A stretch of DNA of 64,000 bases from Eledone cirrhosa. Lineage: Eukaryota. A program made the position numbers and the translations under genes. Shown piece after piece: positions 56,901 through 64,000 of the stretch; the stretch's first letter is position 1, and every line of letters begins with the position of its first letter. A model generated the notes under the pieces. It was not told where the DNA came from. It did no database searches and was given only the letters and a program-made list of their open reading frames with translations. The DNA is taken from positions 27,528,001 to 27,592,000 of the forward strand of contig OZ024752.1 in assembly GCA_964016885.1 (NCBI GenBank). The letters are read 5' to 3'.

Positions 56901-59900
56901 ACTAGTACCAACTTCGTCTATCAACACACAAACTGTGGAACTAGTACCAACTGCGGCTATCAACACACAAACTGTGGAACTAGTACCAACTTCGGCTATC
57001 AACACACAAACTGTGGAACTAGTACCAACTGCGGCTATCAACACACAATCTGTGGAACTAATACCAACTTCGGCTATCAACACACAAACTGTGGAACTAG
57101 TACCAACTTAGGCTATCAACACACAAACTGTGGAACTAGTACCAACTTCGGCTATCAACACACAAACTGTGGAACTAGTACCAACTTCGGCTATCAACAC
57201 ACCAACTGTCGAACTAGTACCAACTACGGCTATCAACACACCAACTGTGGAACTAGTACCAACTACGGCTATCAACACACAAACTGTGGAACTAGTACCA
57301 ACTTCGTCAATCAACACACAAACTGTGGAACTAGTACCAACTTCGTCTATCAACACACAAACTGTGGAACTAGTTCCAACTTCGTCTATCAACACACAAA
57401 CTGTGGAACTAGTACCAACTTCGTCTATCAACACACCAACTGTGGAACTAGTACCAACTACGGCTATCAACACACCAACTGTGGAACTAGTACCAACTAC
57501 GGCTATCAACACACCAACTGTGGAACTAGTACCAACTTCGGCTATCAACACACCAACTGTGGAACTAGTACCAACTTCGTCTATCAACACACCAACTGTG
57601 GAACTAGTACCAACTTCGTCTATCAACACACAAACTGTGGAACTAGTACCAACTACGGCTATCAACACACCAACTGTGGAACTAGTACCAACTTCGTATA
57701 TCAACACACAAACTGTGGAACTAGTACCAACTACGGCTATCAACAAACAAACTGTGGAACTAGTACCAACTTCGGCTATCAACACACAAACTGTGGAACT
57801 AGTACCAACTGCGGCTATCAACACACAATCTGTGGAACTAATACCAACTTCGGCTATCAACACACAAACTGTGTAACTAGTACCAACTTCCGCTATCAAC
57901 ACACAAACTGTGGAACTAGTACCAACTACGGCTATCAACACACAAACTGTGGAACTAGTTCCAACTTCGGCTATCAACACACAAACTGTGGAACTAGTAC
58001 CAGCTTCGGCTATCAACAGACAAACTGTGGAACTAGTACCAAATTCGGCTATCAACACACAAACTGTGGAACTAGTACCAACTTCTTTATCAACACACAA
58101 ACTGTGCAACTAGTACCAACTTCGGTTATCAACACACAATCTCTGGAACTAGTACCAACTACAGCTATGAACACACAATCTCTGGAACTAGTACCAGCTT
58201 CGTCTATCAACACACAAACCGTGGAACTAGTACACACTTCGTGTATCAACACACAAACTGTGGAACTAGTACCAACTTCGGATATCAACACACAAACTGT
58301 GGAACTAGTACCAACTTCTTCTATCAACACACAAACTGTGCAACTAGTACCAACTTCGGCTATCAACACACAAACTGTGGACCTAGTACCAACTTCGTCT
58401 ATCAACACACAAACTGTGGAACTAGTACCAACTTCGGCTATCAACACACAATCTGTGGAACTAGTACAAACTTCGGCTATCAACACACAAACTGTGGAAC
58501 TAGTACCAACTTCGGCTATCAACACACAAACTGTGGAACTAGTACCAACTGCGGCTATCAACACACAATCTGTGGAACTAATACCAACTTCGGCTATCGA
58601 CACACAAACTGTGGAACTAGTACCAACTTCGTCTATCAACACACAAACTGTGGAACTAGTACCAACTGCGGCTATCAACACACAAACTGTGGAACTAGTA
58701 CCAACTTCGGCTATCAACACACAAACTGTGGAACTAGTACCAACTGCGGCTATCAACACACAATCTGTGGAACTAATACCAACTTCGGCTATCAACACAC
58801 AAACTGTGGAACTAGTACCAACTTAGGCTATCAACACACAAACTGTGGAACTAGTACCAACTTCGGCTATCAACACACAAACTGTGGAACTAGTACCAAC
58901 TTCGGCTATCAACACACCAACTGTCGAACTAGTACCAACTACGGCTATCAACACACCAACTGTGGAACTAGTACCAACTACGGCTATCAACACACAAACT
59001 GTGGAACTAGTACCAACTTCGTCAATCAACACACAAACTGTGGAACTAGTACCAACTTCGTCTATCAACACACAAACTGTGGAACTAGTTCCAACTTCGT
59101 CTATCAACACACAAACTGTGGAACTAGTACCAACTTCGTCTATCAACACACCAACTGTGGAACTAGTACCAACTACGGCTATCAACACACCAACTGTGGA
59201 ACTAGTACCAACTACGGCTATCAACACACCAACTGTGGAACTAGTACCAACTTCGGCTATCAACACACCAACTGTGGAACTAGTACCAACTTCGTCTATC
59301 AACACACCAACTGTGGAACTAGTACCAACTTCGTCTATCAACACACAAACTGTGGAACTAGTACCAACTACGGCTATCAACACACCAACTGTGGAACTAG
59401 TACCAACTTCGTATATCAACACACAAACTGTGGAACTAGTACCAACTACGGCTATCAACAAACAAACTGTGGAACTAGTACCAACTTCGGCTATCAACAC
59501 ACAAACTGTGGAACTAGTACCAACTGCGTCTATCAACACACAATCTGTGGAACTAATACCAACTTCGGCTATCAACACACAAACTGTGTAACTAGTACCA
59601 ACTTCCGCTATCAACACACAAACTGTGGAACTAGTACCAACTACGGCTATCAACACACAAACTGTGGAACTAGTTCCAACTTCGGCTATCAACACACAAA
59701 CTGTGGAACTAGTACCAACTTCGGCTATCAACACACAAACTGTGGAACTAGTACCAACTTCGGCTTTCAACACACAAACTGTGGAACTAGTATAAACTTC
59801 GTCTATCAACACACAAACTGTGGAACTAGTACCAACTTCGGCTATCAACACACAAACTGTGGAACTAGTATAAACTTCGGCTATCAACACACAAACTGTG

Positions 59901-62900
59901 GAACTAGTACCAACTTCGGCTATCAACACACAAACTGTGGAACTAGTACCAACTTCTATCAACACACAAATTGTGGAACTAGTACCAACTTCGTGTATCA
60001 ACACAGAAACTGTGGAACTAGTACCGACTTCGGCTATCAACACACAAACTGTGGAACTAGTATAAACTTCGTCTATCAACACACAAACTGTGGAACTAGT
60101 ACCAACTTCGGCTATCAACACACAAACTGTGGAACTAGTATAAACTTCGTCTATCAACACACAAACTGTGGAACTAGTACCAACTTCGGCTATCAACACA
60201 CAAACTGTGGAACTAGTATAAACTTCGGCTATCAACACACAAACTGTGGAACTAGTACCAACTTCGGCTATCAACACACAAACTGTGGAACTAGTACAAA
60301 CTTCGGCTGTCAACACACAAATTGTAGAACTAGTACCAACTTCGGCTATCAACACAGAAACTGTGGAACTAGTACCAACTTCGTCTATCAACACACAAAC
60401 TGTGGAACTAGTACCAACTTCGTCTATCAACACACAAACTGTGGAACTAGTACCAAATTCTTCTATCAACGCACAAATTGTGGAACAAGTACCAACTTCG
60501 TGTATCAACACAGAAACTGTGGAACTAGTACCGACTTCGGCTATCAACACACAAACTGTGGAACTAGTACCGACTTCGACTATCAACACACAAACTGTGG
60601 AACTAGTACCAACTTCTTCTATCAACACACACACTGTGGAACTAGTACCAACTTCTTCTATCAACACACAATCTGTGGAACTAGTACCAACTTCGGCTAT
60701 CAACACACAAACTGTGGAACTAGTACCAACTTCGGCTATCAACACACAAACTGTGGAACTAGTACCAACTTAGGCTATCAACACACAAACTGTGGAACTA
60801 GTACCAACTACGGCTATCAACACACAAACTGTGGAACTAGTTCCAACTTCGGCTATCAACACACAAACTGTGGAACTAGTACCAACTACGGCTATCAACA
60901 CACAAACTGTGGAACTAGTACCAACTTCGGCTATCAACACACGAACTGTGGAACTAGTACCAACTACGGCTATCAACACACAAACTGTGGAACTAGTTCC
61001 AACTTCGGCTATCAACACACAAACTGTGGAACTAGTACCAACTTCGGCTATCAACACACAAACTGTGGAACTAGTACCAACTTCGGCTATCAACACACAA
61101 TCTGTGGAACTAGTACCAACTTCGGCTATCAACACACAAACTGTGGAACTAGTACCAACTACGGCTTTCAACACACAAACTGTGGAACTAGTACCAACTT
61201 CGGCTATCAACACACAAACTGTGGAACTAGTACCAACTACGGCTATCAACACACAAACTGTGGAACTAGTACCAACTTCGGCTATCAACACACAAACTGT
61301 GGAACTAGTACCAACTACGGCTATCAACACACAAACTGTGGAACTAGTTCCAAGTTCGGCTATCAACACACAAACTGTGGAACTAGTAGCAACTTCGGCT
61401 ATCAACACACAAATTGTGGAACTAGTACCAACTTCCGCTATCAACACACAAACTGTGGAACTAGTACCAACTTCGGCTATCAACACACAATCTGTGGAAC
61501 TAGTACAAACTTCGGCTATCAACACACAAACTGTGGAACTAGTACCAACTTCGGCTATCAACACACAATCTGTGGAACTAGTATAAACTTCGGCTATCAA
61601 CACACAAACTGTGGAACTAGTACCAACTTCGGCTATCAACACACAAACTGTGGAACTAGTACCAACTTCTTCTATCAACACACAAACTGTGCAACTAGTA
61701 CCAACTTCAGCTATCAACACACAAACTGTGGACCTAGTACCAACTTCGTCTATCAACACACAAACTGTGGAACTAGTACCAGCTTCGGCTATCAACAGAC
61801 AAACTGTGGAACTAGTACCAAATTCGGCTATCAACACACAAACTGTGGAACTAGTACCAACTTCTTTATCAACACACAAACTGTGCAACTAGTACCAACT
61901 TCGGTTATCAACACACAAACTGAGGAACTAGTACCAACTACAGCTATGAACACACAATCTCTGGAACTAGTACCAGCTTCGTCTATCAACACACAAACCG
62001 TGGAACTAGTACACACTTCGTGTATCAACACACAAACTGTGGAACTAGTACCAACTTCGGATATCAACACACAAACTGTGGAACTAGTACCAACTTCTTC
62101 TATCAACACACAAACTGTGCAACTAGTACCAACTTCGGCTATCAACACACAAACTGTGGACCTAGTACCAACTTCGTCTATCAACACACAAACTGTGGAA
62201 CTAGTACCAACTTCGGCTATCAACACACAATCTGTGGAACTAGTACAAACTTCGGCTATCAACACACAAACTGTGGAACTAGTACCAACTTCGGCTATCA
62301 ACACACAAACTGTGGAACTAGTACCAACTGCGGCTATCAACACACAATCTGTGGAACTAATACCAACTTCGGCTATCGACACACAAACTGTGGAACTAGT
62401 ACCAACTTCGTCTATCAACACACAAACTGTGGAACTAGTACCAACTGCGGCTATCAACACACAAACTGTGGAACTAGTACCAACTTCGGCTATCAACACA
62501 CAAACTGTGGAACTAGTACCAACTGCGGCTATCAACACACAAACTGTGGAACTAGTACCAACTTCGGCTATCAACACACAAACTGTGGAACTAGTACCAA
62601 CTACGGCTATCAACACACAATCTGTGGAACTAGTACCAACTTCGGCTATCAACACACAAACTGTGGAACTAGTACCAACTTCGGCTATCAACACACAAAC
62701 TGTGGAACTAGTACCAACTGCGGCTATCAACACACAAACTGTGGAACTAGTACCAACTGCGGCTATCAACACACAAACTGTGGAACTAGTACCAACTGCG
62801 GCTATCAACACACAAACTGTGGAACTAGTACCAACTTCGTCTATCAACACACAAACTGTGGAACTAGTACCAACTACGGCTATCAACACACAATCTGTGG

Positions 62901-63456
62901 AACTAGTACCAACTTCGGCTATCAACACACAAACTGTGGAACTAGTACCAACTTCGGCTATCAACACACAAACTGTGGAACTAGTACCAACTTAGGCTAT
63001 CAACACACAAACTGTGGAACTAGTACCAACTACGGCTATCAACTCACAAACTGTGGAACTAGTTCCAACTTCGGCTATCAACACACAAACTGTGGAACTA
63101 GTACCAACTACGGCTATCAACACACAATCTGTGGAACTAGTAGCAACTTCGGCTATCAACACACAAACTGTGGAACTAGTACAAACTTCGGCTATCACAC
63201 ACAAACTGTGGAACTAGTACCAGCTTCGGCTATCAACACACAAACTGTGGAACTAGTACCAACTTCTTCTATCAACACACAAACTGTGCAACTAGTACCA
63301 ACTTCAGCTATCAACACACAAACTGTGGACCTAGTACCAACTTCGTCTATCAACACACAAACTGTGGAACTAGTACCAGCTTCGGCTATCAACAGACAAA
63401 CTGTGGAACTAGTACCAAATTCGGCTATCAACACACAAACTGTGGAACTAGTACCA
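50970..63456. repeat. Mosaic HOR domain (end of a 142-mer, then 56-, 44-, 97- and 41-mers) mixing 58-mer-type sequence with left-end-type variant blocks
   Basis: Landmark spacings are 5537, 2183, 1715, 3779 and 1597. CACCAACT blocks and GCTGTC/ACAGAA/CCGACT blocks reappear, and TCGGAT and GTGTAA variants are seen only here. Confidence 0.85.
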
Positions 63457-64000
63457 ACTTCTTTATCAACACACAAACTGTGCAACTAGTACCAACTTCG
63501 GTTATCAACACACAAACTGAGGAACTAGTACCAACTACAGCTATCAACACACAATCTCTGGAACTAGTACCAGCTTCGTCTATCAACACACAAACCGTGG
63601 AACTAGTACACACTTCGTGTATCAACACACAAACTCTGGAACTAGTACCAACTTCGGCTATCAACACACAAACTGTGGAACTAGTACCAACTTCTTCTAT
63701 CAACACACAAACTGTGCAACTAGTACCAACTTCGGCTATCAACACACAAACTGTGGACCTAGTACCAACTTCGTCTATCAACACACAAACTGTGGGACTA
63801 GTACCAACTTCGGCTATCAACACACAATCTGTGGAACTAGTACAAACTTCGGCTATCAACACACAAACTGTGGAACTAGTACCAACTTCGGCTATCAACA
63901 CACAAACTGTGGAACTAGTACCAACTGCGGCTATCAACACACAATCTGTGGAACTAGTACCAGCTTCGTCTATCAACACACAAACCGTGGAACTAGTACA

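Larger units (their letters stand above)
1..64000. repeat. 39-bp tandem satellite array, consensus GTGGAACTAGTACCAACTTCGGCTATCAACACACAAACT, about 1,640 copies, single orientation, extends beyond both window edges
   Basis: Every line of the sequence parses into this monomer with a few substitutions. All ORFs in the track are 13-aa periodic translations of it. The length variants seen are 38 bp (ACTTCTTTATC or ATCACACACAAACT), 36 bp (ACTTCTATC) and 40 bp (CACACAAAACT). Confidence 0.99.

Noticed and set aside
1-64000. CRISPR array (repeat of CRISPR-like length with a dyad)
   Set aside because: Monomers abut directly with no unique spacers, and there is no leader or cas gene.
1-64000. Telomerase-type telomeric repeat (A/C-rich strand)
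   Set aside because: The unit is 39 bp with no G-runs, and kb-scale HORs indicate recombinational amplification. A subtelomeric location cannot be excluded.
1-64000. Purely artefactual sequence (rolling-circle concatemer or synthetic)
   Set aside because: Ordered, nested and position-restricted variants indicate an evolutionary history. Exact HOR copy numbers could still be misassembled.
1-64000. tRNA/rRNA/ncRNA genes, transposons, integron or silent antigenic-variation cassettes
   Set aside because: There is no non-repeat sequence, terminal repeat, recombinase, reverse transcriptase or expression locus in the window to support any of these.

Overview
The whole 64-kb window is one uninterrupted, head-to-tail tandem array (satellite-type DNA) of a 39-bp monomer, consensus GTGGAACTAGTACCAACTTCGGCTATCAACACACAAACT (about 1,640 copies, 17/39 = 44% GC, A/C-rich + strand). 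It runs off both ends. I see no unique sequence, inversion, insertion, RNA gene, mobile element, CRISPR spacer or credible gene. The long ORFs arise because 39 is a multiple of 3 and three of the six frames of the consensus lack stops (VELVPTSAINTQT, CGTSTNFGYQHTN and, on the minus strand, VCVLIAEVGTSST). The real information is in the order of monomer variants. A six-monomer landmark cassette with a 1-bp deletion recurs 29 times and delimits higher-order repeats (HORs) of 33-142 monomers, most often 58/59-mers of 2261/2300 bp. These are nested in larger duplications (offsets about 4.6, 6.1, 7.6-7.7, 7.75 and 9.0/11.3 kb). Each monomer carries a 14-bp near-perfect palindrome, and one frame reads like a Ser/Thr/Pro mucin/adhesin-type repeat, but amplified stops and frameshifts argue against it being translated through. 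The organism and function cannot be determined from this window, and I found no evidence for a gene-encoded novel system. All counts were made by eye and from the ORF track, and block boundaries are approximate.
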